From assembly GCA_905331295.1 (NCBI GenBank), contig CAJNYD010000407.1, positions 124,001 to 188,000 of the forward strand: a stretch of DNA of 64,000 bases, given 5' to 3'. The notes beneath the pieces were generated by a model, which saw only the letters and a list, made by a program, of their open reading frames with translations, was not told the DNA's origin and searched no databases. This DNA is from Rotaria socialis. Its lineage: Eukaryota. Below are positions 25,501 to 38,166 of the stretch, piece after piece. Each line of letters begins with the position of its first letter. Positions within the stretch are counted from its first letter, which is position 1. A program made the translations under genes and the position numbers.

Positions 25501-27826
25501 TAACTTTGAGAGTAACGTTCGATTTCCATACTTTCTTGAAATATATGTCGCATTATATGCTTACATGTATGAGATTCTAGTTCATTAGCAATTGATTGTA
25601 AATTATTCAGCTGTGCCACTCCAAATATTTGTTTATCATTATTCAGAGATTCTTTGGTTTCTTCCAGAAATATTTTTGCTTTTTCGTGTATTTTATCCTA
25701 CGTTAAAAAGAAGTAGTTTTGATAGTATTATTGTTGCTGTCTAGAAAATATACTGTCCAAATGGCATACTTTTGATGCCAAAACTTCTTCAGTAGATATT
25801 GTTGGTATCAATGGATGAACAACTATTTCTGTTGTTGAGCTATCTGTAGTGTCAAGATCTTTGCTGGCATATTGGAGTAAAGAGTCGACCTAGAAAAAAA
25901 TTAATTGATTGGTTCCATTGTTGAAATCGATATTTCTTTTTTATGTAATAAACATATTTCACAGACATAAAAGTACTTCAGAAAAAATTCAAGTAGTTAA
26001 AAATAATAAAAAATACTTACGAACCCAATGAAATAACATATTTTATTGATCCACTCGTTTATTACGCAGTGTGAACTAATAATTCACTTGAATATACTAA
26101 ATAATCATAGCCAACCTAATGCTTTTCGATAGAATCTCAAATTTAAAACAAAGAACAACATCAGTGCGTTTTAATACAAACTTCGATGTAGACAAAGCAA
26201 ATCATCAAATTCTGTTTCTTTTTTTGATACTTGCACGAGTCTTCCCGAAAAGAAAAACTTAAGAGTTAACATTGCATATATTTAAAAATACTAGAGATAG
26301 GATCGACTTAGTTTAAAACTGAATCTATTAAAATCAGTTGAATTCGAAGTTTTCAAAAATTGCAACTGATTCAGTTGTATAAAAATACAAAGTGATCTTA
26401 TGTCTAAAAAATAAATACGATCATTTTTAATCTTTGTAAATACATTAAGAAAACGTATGTTTTCTATGGTCGATTCTGGTTCCGCATAATATTACAAGTA
26501 GAAGATCTATATTGTGAAACGTAGCTTTGAAAATTTTTAACTTTTTATATTTTTAAAATGAAACAATTCTGATACTTCTTTCGCAGTTTAAAACGAAATA
26601 GTAAATGATACAGAATTTGTTGCGAATAAGAGAAATAAATCGATGAAGTATTCGTTTACATTTTTCTAGAGAATCGAATTTTTCTCTGGTCTAATTAGAC
26701 TAAAGACATACCATACGAGCATTCCATTACAGTCGTTCGAACTTACTATTCACATTTTCTTATTAGATTGGGATATTATCATAAAACTTACAGCTCGAAT
26801 AACCCTTTGAAGAGATAATTTAAGTATGGAATGATCTATATTTGTTGATGGATTGGCCATTATTTGTGATAAATATTCAAGTTCATCCTCAATATCACTG
26901 TTGAAAATAAGAATATCTTGTAATTTATCGTGTAAATACGATAAATGTTTATTGAGTTCGTGTTCATTCGTTTTGATTCGTTCTAGACCACCATGAGTAA
27001 AATGAGAATGATGCACAGCAGGTGCACCCAATGTAATCGTATTATACATAAATTCTACAATATAGTCAATCAATATAGAAAAATAAGATTTTCGTTGCAC
27101 TTTTACATACTTTGTGAAGGATCATCCCCGCAACTAACTAATAACTGTTGCAAATGTAAATTGAGGGGTACATGAGCAAGTTCATGTTGCATTCGCTCGA
27201 TGGAACGTCGAAATAAACGTCCTGAATATTTATATATATATATGCATATAATTCTGGAAAAAAAGAACTTGAAACAAAAAATAATTTACTATCGCATGCA
27301 GTTTCATGATTTTGAATTGATCCAATTAAATCTGAGTAACGTTGAATAAAACCTTTATAGATACTTATACAATTAAGTCGATAAATTTCCTGATTATCCT
27401 TCAACTAAATATTTAAATAAAATCCTACAATCGTTTGAAACATATAATAAACCACCGACCCGTCCTAATTCTTCAGCATATCGAATAAATTTTGCTGCAC
27501 GGTTCAGATAAAATCGGCTAATATTCAAAGTAAATAATAAACAAATATTATATTATCAATATAATATTTTCTTACAGATAACAAACTGGTGTAGAGAAAT
27601 TTCCATCATACTCTGACATAAGTTGAACAACATTCAATTTTTTCTCACGATCTCTTGTTCGAACTTCAAAATGTCGTGTAAAAAAATTATTTGCTATCTG
27701 TTTTAAATTAGTCTTTTGGTTATCAACAAATAATACCATCGATTTTGGTATAACTGCAGCTGGATTCGTGTTATTAGCTGAAGAATCGATTTGCATATCA
27801 ACAATAGTATTAACGAAGGAAGCCAT
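22553..27826 (-). CDS. INPP4: Inositol polyphosphate 4-phosphatase type I/II family, ~13 exons
   Basis: Last exon encodes [28 protein letters not shown] (CX5R motif CKSAKDR) and ends [13 protein letters not shown]. Upstream exons give [13 protein letters not shown]...[23 protein letters not shown] and [11 protein letters not shown]. 5' exon boundaries are less certain. Confidence 0.9.
23629..23698. repeat. 70-bp inverted copy (69/70 identical) of 23119-23188, the INPP4 3' splice site plus exon start
   Basis: Direct reverse-complement match. Confidence 0.95.
23699..23906 (+). mobile_element. Truncated non-autonomous Helentron/HINE-like element
   Basis: Ends in hairpin GTGTACTCA-ctttt-TGAGTACAC (23879-23901) plus AAAAA. 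Internal CTCGACCGAGAT...TGTGTACAAAATTTCA resembles invertebrate HINE/DINE-type cores (from memory). Confidence 0.45.
24034..25101 (-). CDS. Intronless 355-aa ORF of unknown function, nested in INPP4 intron 23535-25279 on the same strand
   Basis: 1068-bp ATG-to-stop ORF in AT-rich DNA. Helical-looking N-terminus, then S/T/P/K-rich low complexity. Confidence 0.65.
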   Translation of the reverse strand: MIPVLRSIDGLLNRFDELSQRHAGFVSHFETSFTDIENPLRDVTRDDEERRKTSESILNASMENDDQIGSFGTIEDFNRRITKSRSHNRPPSYSSNDTNSLFNRIPSRSSFATTESAPPLYISALATKQVTVKPRNVQTIASISSENLFEPKNRFTTKIKTKPLPQNLHKTDQYGRHVITTFTVETVNRLSRPRTYHKSPDEKVSSKRAHRRAKTHQNIKKEPSDVSMTPVPTVLSVTSITSFPLPPAMESPKVKRTHPTIIKSPSKKLKADNKIATDNSKRIPMSNYPRPTIVLVPPPTISLTFPMQPELKSSRVVVLPKTTTTQKTINIFSKKGSSMPSKRLLNLMMSSAFFS

Positions 27827-28453
27827 CTAAAATAGTTAACAAACAGTAGCTTACTCCGTCGTCGAATTATTTATCATTGATGCGTACCTTACGCATAATC
27901 AATTTATCTTTTAAAAATAAATCGATAAGGAACCATATATTTCAGATCTAGGTACAAAAAGATAGATAAATGCTTATTGCGTTTGTTATCATCATGGCTC
28001 ACCTGGCTATAAAAAAAAAACTAAATCATACTACCTCGCTGATAAGATATTGAGAGAAAGAAAAAGAAAGAATAAATATGGCTTTGCTATTTTTGTACGA
28101 TGATATTGTGTTTTTTTTAAATAGTTTATTTGTGGAGAACAGGAGTAAAACTGAATAGAATCAACGACTACAAACAACAATAATAACACCAAAAAAGCGA
28201 AACAATAAACAATCCACTATCGAGTATTTCTTCACCCTTCGTATATGTATATATATATATATATCTTTTTTCTTTTCTTACGAATAACAAAAACAACAAT
28301 CGTATAAATTTGCTAATAGTGTATGATCATTGGTCCTTTTCTTTTATCTCTTATTTAAGTGAAATCGAACACGAAAAAAAAACAAATAGAAATAAAACAA
28401 AATGTTTGTTTCTTCTTTTTCATAGAAACACGCACGCACATAGACGTACATAT

Positions 28454-29694
28454 TTAATCATCAAGTTCACTTGATGCAGCTCCTGTTCCACTTGCTTCGC
28501 TTGCATCACTAGCTGTTTTTCGAGATTTTCGTTGACTTGGATTTTTCTTTGGTGAACGAGCTAAGCAAATACAATATCGAATTACATTTACATTCTCATG
28601 TTTGTGTTGTATTACTTACACTGAGTGAGATGATGTTTTGGAATCCAATCAACATCATAGCTACCTTTAACTTGTTGATTGCCAAGCTGATTTTGTGAAC
28701 TTGGTTTACCAGTTACTCGTTTTAAACGATTTGAAAGTAAATATTGATAAGCAACAAATCCTAATAAAACTAATATTGCTCCAAGGAATATGTAGAGGAA
28801 GAATCTAAATTTGAAAAATGAATTTTAATCGTTCTATAAAAACTCATTATTTATGAATTCTTACGTTTCTCCATCAAATCCTTCATCAGCTTCGGTCAAA
28901 TTAATAGTTTGATTGAAAACTACATTTTGAAAACGTTTTCCTTCCTAAAAAAAAAAGAATATAATATAAAGTCTACAACTATTTTCTATCTTACGCTATT
29001 TCGATAATTGATTACTACAACTAAGCCCATTGGTCGCCCATTGAATGTTTCACTGGGCATAAATAAATATTCAAATGTTGATTCTAAACTTGGTTCAAGA
29101 GCTTTTTCTGCTCGTAATGAAGTAAAATTTTGAATATAATAACTGAAATCTTGTGGATAACGTAATGAACCCTCAATAGATTCAACAACAAAATTTTGTG
29201 TGCCATTATTACGTGCACCGACAAGTAAACGAGTTAATTTACCGGCAACTAATTCTAAAAGAAATCAAGAACTGAATTATTCCATTTTTATACTCAATAT
29301 GAAAAACAAACCATTCGCTTTTGCTGGTTGAATAAAAACATAAACGCTACGAAAATCAGGCGATGATGGAATACGATTTGGATCCTCATCTTCTTTTCCT
29401 TCCTAAAAAAATAAAAGAATTTACATTGATATCTCTTCTTGATTATATTTGTCTCATACAAGTATATCATTTGCTGGTGCTATTGTTTCATCTGGTCGTA
29501 CAACAGTTTCTTGTTCATCTTCATCTACTTCGGCATCAGCATCGATTTGATCTTCATTACCATAGACAACTAGAAACGAAATCGATATTAACTTTCAAAA
29601 AACAAATCATCATGATTTATATTATTTTACCTCTAGTGGTAAAAAAGAGTAAACCAAATATTGTTAAAAATGAGAATAATCGAACTAACTTCAT
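28454..29694 (-). CDS. SSR1: Translocon-associated protein subunit alpha (TRAP-alpha), multi-exon
   Basis: Signal peptide MKLVRLFSFLTIFGLLFFTT, acidic N-terminus, LLVGARNNGTQNFVVESIEGSLRYPQDFSYYIQNFT, TFEYLFMPSETFNGRP, TM, and YDVDWIPK tail. Missed by the ORF track because exons are short. Confidence 0.93.
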
Positions 29695-29968
29695 ATTCAA
29701 CTCTAATAAGACGCAAAAGTTATAACAATTAATAACTGCGGCAAACGTATTCAGAATTATACCAGTATGAACACGCAAACTTTTTTTTCTAGCCAATCAC
29801 GATATGATTGAAATGTGGCTTATACATTGATTTTCTTGAAAAAATTTGAAAAACATGAAAATTAGAAATAAAAAAAAAGAAATTTTCATTGCAACATAAA
29901 ATCTTTTATTATTTTATTTTATTACTGACATCTTTAGTATTCTTTTTGACTAAAAAACAACTCGAACA
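29695..29968. promoter_or_regulatory. Probable bidirectional promoter between SSR1 and the NELF-E-like gene; CCAAT box at 29793-29797
   Basis: Divergent ATGs ~275 bp apart; AGCCAATCAC motif. Confidence 0.5.
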
Positions 29969-30578
29969 ATGGCAATTGAAATGTTTATTGGTTAATTAAC
30001 ATATAAGTTAGTAAGCGGCCGTCGTCTATCGAATTACTTGCTCAATCATAGAATCTTCTAATATGTCGACTCTTTGTCGGTTCGTTTTACCATCACCATT
30101 GTCTACAGTTGAAGAAGCATGTGTATCAGAATTCAATGAATATAAAAAACGTATGAAAGAAATTGCACATAATAAATCATCAAATAAACGATTTGCTAGT
30201 ACAACTGGAGGACTAACAACAAATTCAACGAACTCTCATGATTCATCGCATCATCAAAAAGATGCAATACGAAATCCTGAGCAAGCCAAAGAGGCAGCAA
30301 AAAAACTTGTACAAAGTGGTATTATTAAAGTTCAAGCACAAGGTAAAGACCAAGGATTTAAACGTGCAACATCTACTAATGCTGGTCAAGAGCGTTTGGT
30401 TAAAAAAATGACTTTAACGCCTAATTCATCATCACCGTCATCATCAATATCAAATCAGACGAATCCATTTCAATCAGTTCCATTTGTTAGTCCGTCTTCG
30501 ACACCAAAATTTGTAAATACTAATTCTCACGAAGGCAAACGACGTGTTGTAAATTATGATGATACAGACAATTACTAG
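29969..30578 (+). CDS. NELFE: NELF-E-like protein lacking the RD repeat and RRM. Probable exons 29969-29990 and 30052-30578.
   Basis: FVLPSPLSTVEEACVSEFNEYKKRMK ~ NELF-E LVIPPGLSEEEEALQKKFNKLKKKKK. AKEAAKKLVQSGII...QGFKR ~ ATEQAKQLVKSGAI...SGFKR. C-terminal KRRVVNYDD ~ KRTQIVYSDD (from memory). Confidence 0.7.
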
Positions 30579-30653
30579 TGATTATTGTTCGTTTTTTTTC
30601 TACATGTAAATATATTTCTAGATTAAAGAAAAAAACTTAAAGTTTATCTCGAA

Positions 30654-32346
30654 ATGAGTCGGACAGCATCAGCCGGGTTCGATCGTGACATAACTATTTT
30701 TTCACCCGAAGGTCGACTTTATCAAGTTGGTAAGTCTTCATTTTTTTCTTCTAAATTATTAGATCTAGACAAAAAAAAACTCATCTTTTTCATTTTATAG
30801 AATATGCTTTTAAAGCAATCAATCAAGGCGGCTTAACAACAGTTGCTATTCGTGGTACAGATTGTGTTGTTGCCATTGCTCAAAAAAAGATTCCAGTTAG
30901 TATTCTTTTCAAAATAAATTAAAAAAATAACTTGTTAGACATTTGATGTGTCATGGGATATTTCTGAAATCGTATGAAATAAAATGGAGCGACTAATTTT
31001 TTCTATTGAATCTCACGCGATGGGACTCAATAGTTCATATTGTCCCATGAGATTTTTTGTTCTTATTGCACTCAATTCTTTGTAATGATGAGAATGACAG
31101 AAAGAAAAATTTTCCCAACCATTTTTATCTAGTGGAGAGTGGGTTCATATGAATTCGATACGTGCGGTAAATAGCAGCAGCTGGAGAAAAAAATGTCTCG
31201 ATTACCACCATATTAAAATAGTCTGTCTTGTTCATCTCTTCTTTGAGTTTCAGTAGCAACAATATTCAAGTAGAAATGATAGAAACTAAAGTAGACAATA
31301 TGATTTTGAATTATTTTTCACATATGTATTTGTTCAACTAATTAATCCTATGTTCTTAAAGCTTATTTGTTGAGATATTTCTTCATGAAGATTTGTGTTG
31401 TAAATAAAAAGTAGAATAATATAAATATGTAGTGGTTTAAGAAACTCGAGCAATTGCTTTTAAATGCTAAACTTCTTCATTCTATTAAAATAAACTCAAT
31501 TTCTGAAATCTTTTAGGATAAGTTACTCGATCCATCATCTGTTACACATTTACATGCCATTACACCAACTATTGGATGCTTAATGACTGGCATGGTCGGT
31601 ATGTATTCATAATTGAGTGTTCATTGTTGAATATTGTTTGTTTTTTGTTTCAAAATAATATAGCTGATTCCCGCTGGCAAGTACAACGAGCTCGATATGA
31701 AGCAGCATCATGGAAATATAAATTTGGCTTCAGCATTCCAGTCGATGCTATCTGCCGTCGTATAGCTGATATTTCGCAAGTTTATACACAAGAAGCTGAA
31801 ATGAGACCACTTGGATGCAGTAAGATTATTAGAATTCTTCTTTTTTTTTTCTGTTGAAATATAATGTATTCAATTAAAATATATAGGCATGATTTTATTT
31901 GGTATGGATGAAGAAAAGGGTCCCATGTTGTACAAAACTGATCCAGCCGGATACTTCTGTGGATTTCGTGCAACAAGTGCTGGTGTAAAACAAACAGAAG
32001 CCAATAATTTCTTAGAAAAACGTATCAAGAAAAAATCAGATTTGACCTACGAGGAAGCTATTGAAGTAAAACTATTGAAATATGTGAAACAAAATTTGAT
32101 AGTTAATTTTTAATTTTAGTTGGCTGTTTCAACATTGGCTAGTGTACTTTCAACTGATTTAAAACCAAGTGAAATTGAAATTGGTGTTGTTACAAAGGAT
32201 AATGTTAAATTTCGGTTTGTTCTTTTCTTTTGTCGTTTCAATTAATGAATATCTAAATAATTCCTTTTTTTCTTCTTTCTATTTCTAGAGTCCTGACAGA
32301 AAGTGAAACAGAACAACATTTGACTCGTATTGCCGAAAAGGAATAA
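30654..32346 (+). CDS. PSMA6: Proteasome subunit alpha type-6, multi-exon
   Basis: [94 protein letters not shown]. Confidence 0.96.
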
Positions 32347-32515
32347 ACAATAGTCGATTTTTTTTAAAGACCATAACGTTCAAAAAAATCCAGAAATTGT
32401 TGTTACTAGCCTTGTCTCTTTTCTTTTGTTTCTTTTTATGCTTGTGATGAAACATAACAACCTTCATTCTATTAAAATATCTTTCATTTCAGATATTAAA
32501 GCCATCATTGTATGG

Positions 32516-35500
32516 ATGGAGACGGTTAAATTATTATTTTTAATTTATTGCCTAGCAATAACAACATTGAATACAAATGCATCGCCAACAAATGGACGTG
32601 TTTTGCCCAGCCGAAGTGATCCGTCTGTTCGCGATCGTTTACCACAAATTGAAATGAATGCGACAAGCCATTCAATTGTAATGACACTTCACCCCATGAC
32701 AATCAATGATGGAACTGTAAAACGTTTTCGTTTACAATACGGAATTAATTATCCTTATCATCATTCAATTTATATAAATAAAAATCAAACTTCAGTATTT
32801 GTTGATAACCTTAGTAAATAGAAAATAATCGATTATTATTAAGGAAACAAAAGAATATAAAATATCTTGGTATTTGTTTTTAGAACCAAATCAAAAATAT
32901 ATTTTTTCATTAATTGCTCTCAATGAAAATAATGATACCGTTGTACCAGAACAATTCTATGATTTTCAAATGCCATCAGAAGGTAATTTTTAAAACATAT
33001 AAATTTTTATTCATGACAAAAACTCATATTTAGAAAAATATTTCACCTTCAAGAAGTGATTAGTGTTAACAGTTGCTTTCATGCAAATTAATTCTAATTC
33101 TCATCTTTATTCTATGCATATATATAGATGGCTCACATAACATAAACACAATTTTTCTTTAAACAAATAATCATGCTAAAAAGTATTTAACCTTCGAATT
33201 ATGATTTTCTAGTTTTATCTCGGGACATGAATACCACTATCCTCATTAGTAATTTATTGCATCCGATACTTGCTTCTTGACATTATGTTTTCTAATTTTT
33301 TGTTGATTTGTTTGATTAGATCAATATTATTCTTTCATAACGAAATATTTCTAATTCTTATTTCATTTCAACAGATTCTCTTCAGTTTTACTCACAAAAT
33401 CAATCTATTGCATCTTCCGTAACTGTACATATAGTTCGCGTGATGACACCCTAATAGCCTGAAGTTAATTTCCGTGGTTCAAGTTCATTGTTTAAGTCAT
33501 ATAGCCAGACCTTCGCGACTATTACTGAAAAAAATTGAGTGCAATTAATATTCATGAGTATTTCCTTACTCTAAATTTGGGCATTTTATTTACATCTTCA
33601 TATTGTTATTCTGACGTATTTCAAGATGAAAACATACCCACTTTCGTCTCCCCTTTTCTGTTCATCATTTTTTTATCCATTAACGAAAATTGATGTGGAT
33701 TGTTAATCCTAATTGTACATAGCGAATAAAGTAAATATATCACAATACTTATGTTAAACTGGTTGAAAATAAAGTCCCATTGATTCATGATGATAATAAT
33801 TCTTTCGTTTCATTAAGATGATGATCGTCAACAACCGAAAACTCCACTTGAGTTAATTTTAATTCCACGCTCAAAAACATCTGTTCTTCTTCAATGGACT
33901 GATGTGGATTTTCCGAAACATGCTCGTTTACCAGCATCACGACGTTATAAAATTCAAATCAATGAATTAAATGCGAATCAACACATCATCAAACAACAAG
34001 AATTATTAGCAAACAACGAACAATCTTATTTAATTGAAAATTTAAAACCACTAACTAATTATGAATTCGCTGTTCGAACAATTGATGGCGATCTTGAAAG
34101 TGATTATTCAATGGCTATTGAATATTCAAATCTTATTTATCCAATAAAACAATTGAATATGATAACAAATAATGATCCATCAAAAGTTACATTGACATGG
34201 CAACTACCTGATGATGCAAGTGGTATTAAATCATTTCATATCTATTATAATGAACAAGATGAAAAAGGACAAGAACAAAAAGTAACTGTATCAGTTGATA
34301 TAATGCAAGTAACCATTTCAAATTTAAAAGCAAATACAAAATACTTATTCAAAATTGTTTCTGTTAATCAATTTAATGATGAATCAACACCAGAAATAAG
34401 ATTATATAAAACACCTTACGGTAAAATTTATATAAATGTTATGTTTTTTTAATAAAAATTCATCGGAATTTATTTACATTTTTAGCTATTGATACGAATA
34501 CTATAGAACAAAATAAAAATACAAGTACGCTTTTTTGTTTTTGTTTTAATTTTTATATATTCTACTAAATGGCTTACAAAAATTGAGACATAAGCTACTC
34601 GGAAAAAAGAATAACAGAGAAATCGATAAGACATTGAATAGATTAGTTTCGTTTACGAAATGAGCAAGCTAGTTCGAATAATAATTTAGAAAGACGTACA
34701 TTTTTTTAAAGAATTACAATCAATGATAGGAAAACTATGAAAGGATTTGTGATCATATATCTCTAAAACTAATTTATAACTTTTTTTTTTCTTAATGTTC
34801 GATTCATTTTTAAAAGATTACTGAAAAATCAAATCGAAGAAATTTGAGTCTGTAATTCTGTTTATAGATAGATTTATTAATTCCTGATTTATTCTGACAA
34901 TGTCATCCGATTAAAATGTTCATTTATTACGCTATTGAATTTCTCAATAGATCTTTTTATTTGACATGTCGAGGACAAGTAGCTGTTTATTGGAAATTTA
35001 ATATTTCAGTAGAAAAGTATTCTTTGCCACTGATACTTTTAAGGTATTGGTAAAGATCATTAGACATATCTATAGATCGAAACGCAAGTCGAAAATATAA
35101 TAAAAAAAAGGTCATACATCGTCTATAGTGTGATCCATGAATAGAAAGTTTTTGATTATTTGTCTAGTGTACCTAAAACTTGTGTTGATTAAATTATTTA
35201 AAAAAATTAACTCTATTATTTATTGATTTGTTTAGATCAAAAATTACTTGGATGGCTATCGATTGGTGGTTTATCAAATAGTTCATTGCTTCTTATTTTA
35301 ATCGTATTTAGTATTGTATTTTTATGTTTTTTCTTCACTGTTATTATAATATGTTCACGATCAGCTTGTTGCTCTTGTTTATCAAGTAATAAAAAGCATA
35401 TTCATGATTCGCCAACACATAGCCATCAACGACAATATTCTCCAACAAGTAATACAGCATCATCATCATTGATAAAACCAACTGATTTGTGGGCTGGCGC

Positions 35501-36611
35501 TGACTGTTTATCGCCACCAACAGCAACCATTCGAAATTCAAACACATCTGAAAGACATTATGAAACATCATCGACAGCTGGTAGTGGAACATTACAAAGA
35601 TGTAATCATCATCATCATCATCTATATCATCATGCACAAGAAACACAGCCATTAACAAATAATATTGAATTAAACAATGATCAACAACGACATTCATATG
35701 TACCTTCAAATGACGGTTCAAGTTCAATCGATGGAAATACAACTGGTTTTACAATTAATGGAAAATTTAATTCAAGTATGCGCACAAGACCTATTGCTGT
35801 TGGTTCACCATTTGAGCAACAACCACAAAAGAAACCAATGAAAAATCTACGTATGTTTCAATATTCATATAATTTGTTAGAATTTATAATAAATTGTTTT
35901 TCTTCAGCAATGGGTACTGCATTTATTATGAATCATTCAAATTTAGTTCAACAACAGCAACAACATGTAACGGTTCGACCTATTCAACAAAAAGCTCAAT
36001 ATGTTGTTCGACCTAATGATCAGTCACATATGTTTGGATCAGGTATTTGTTTTAATTGTCAAACAAGCAAAACTTACATATAAATTTACTTTTATTTTCT
36101 ATCAAGGTCCATCATCACCTGACTATCAACATTCACCATCAAACAGTCATTGTAGTTCAAATCATAATCAATCCTCAATTCAATCAAATCCTATGACAGG
36201 AGCTGCTCTTTATGATAAACTATCTAATTCTAATAATAGTGAAAATTCAGATAATCAACGCTCACTTCTTCTGTCAAAACCAAATTTACGAAGTTTTACT
36301 ATACCTGTAGCTCCACCTATTATTCCACCACCGCCTACAACTACTAATAAACAACAATCTACAAACGTATCAGTAACATCTCAATGTAAATTGCTTCTAT
36401 TTATTCATTCGTGCGAAATACAATTTTTGTTTTTGTTTTTGTTTTATTAGATAAATCTCCATTTCGTAGTCCAAATAGACCATTATTAAACAATTATACC
36501 AAAGACATAAAATCAATAGATAGTGATGAAATCGATACAAATCCTGCCGATGTACTCGAAGATGTTCGCAATCAATTGGGCAATCTAATGAAAAAAGATT
36601 TTCAATGTTAG
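32516..36611 (+). CDS. DCC/neogenin/Frazzled/UNC-40-like receptor with only three FN3 domains, TM and P1/P2/P3-like motifs; ~8 exons
   Basis: Signal peptide METVKLLFLIYCLAITTLNTNA. FN3 repeats resemble DCC FN4 (YGINYPY), FN5 (QWTD...LKPLTNYEFAV...SDYSM) and FN6 (DPSKVTLTWQLP). TM LLLILIVFSIVFLCFFFTVIIIC. KPTDLW (P1), NLRSFTIPVAPP (P2), LGNLMKKD (P3). Confidence 0.8.
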
Positions 36612-36934
36612 ATATTCATATTTCGCTTTCTTTCTCAGGAATTTTTTTTTATATTAATATTGTCAATGTGGTGCTTGATATCAAATCTATTTGTTTTCTT
36701 TTTCTCCGTGCAACATAATCTTCTCATTTCTTGTCAGAGATTGTTTTATCTATTGTATAACACTGATATATATCTATATACATATACATATATATATATA
36801 TATAGTCATTTTGTGTGTCTTGTAATATCTACGTCTATAGAATCTTTTTTTTATTTTAGGCGTAACAAAATAGTTTAGTAAATTGAAAAAAAAACTTCTA
36901 CTTTCTATTTAAGATTTTGAAATTATTCTCTTAG

Positions 36935-38063
36935 ATGCCTCGATATGCACAATTAGTGCTAGTGAGTTTGAACTAGTGTGATCTAAAGACAATGTTGATT
37001 GAATGAGATTTTATAGGGACCAGCTGGTTCAGGTAAATCAACATATTGTAGTTCGATGGTTAAACATGGCGAAGTAATTAAGCGAACGATAAATGTAATA
37101 AATCTTGATCCAGCAGCTGAACATTTTGATTATCCACTATACGCTGGTAGTCTATTATGTCTTTTGAAATGCTTATAATTTATGGTAAAGAAATTTTATT
37201 TAGATATTAGAGAGTTAATTGAAATCGATGATGCAATGGATGATGAAGCACTGCGATTTGGTCCAAATGGCGGTCTTATCTTCTGTATGGAGTATGCTAC
37301 TGATGGAGTTTTATTTGAATATAATATATAAATTTTCTTTCTTTTTTGATTTTTTTAAAGATATTTCGAAAAGAATCTCGATTGGTTACATGAACAGTTG
37401 GGTGATGAAGAAGATGATTATTTTTTATTCGATTGTCCCGGTATTGAAATTCGTTTCTACGTATGGTTTTTACTTATCTCTATTAATTCTAGGTCAAATT
37501 GAATTGTATACTCATGTGCCAGTGATGCGTCGTGTTGTTGAGCAATTACAAAATTGGAATTTTCGTATATGTGGTGTTTTTCTTGTTGATGCACAATTTT
37601 GTGTTGAACAATCGAAGTTTCTAAGTGGAATGCTTACAGCATTATCATCAATGATTCAACTTGAGACACCATTTATTCATGTACTATCGAAAGTTGATGT
37701 TTTGTCAAAACGTGATAAAAAGCGATTGAAAAAGTAATTATTTTAAATCCTATTCGATTGTATTGACTCTTCGTTTTTTCGTTTATTCTTAGATTTACTG
37801 ATCCTGATGTATATCAATTGGCAAACAGTGAATTATCGAATAAATTTCTCGGTCGTTATAGTCAATTGAATAAGGCTATAGCTAGTGTGATATATGATTA
37901 CAGTCTAGTGAAATTTTTTGCATTAGACATGAGTAAAGAAGATTCTATAACAAATTTATTAGTTGAAATCGATTTGAGTATACAATATGGCGAAGATTTT
38001 GATGTAAAAGAACCTAGAGAAATTGAAGATAATGCACAAGACAAGTTTCATGATGATGAATAA
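36935..38063 (+). CDS. GPN3: GPN-loop GTPase 3, multi-exon
   Basis: [66 protein letters not shown]. Confidence 0.94.
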
Positions 38064-38127
38064 TTATCTTTTTTTTTTGTTTTTTTTTTGTTGTTTTGTA
38101 CAAACAAAATAAAGTAAAGAAATGTTA

Positions 38128-38166
38128 CCAATAAGAACGTATGACGTGCCCTGCGCCTTATAAAAG
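38128..38166 (+). promoter_or_regulatory. Candidate BRF1 core promoter: CCAAT (38128), TGACGT (38142), BRE-like GCGCC, TATAAAAG (38159-38166)
   Basis: Motifs are ordered correctly ~130 bp upstream of the BRF1 ATG and just after the GPN3 AATAAA (38108). Confidence 0.5.

Noticed and set aside
29363..29725. 120-aa plus ORF
   Set aside because: Antisense to SSR1 exons.
30940..31055. CATGGGA/TCCCATG motifs in a PSMA6 intron
   Set aside because: Probably an old MITE relic, but no definable TIR or TSD.
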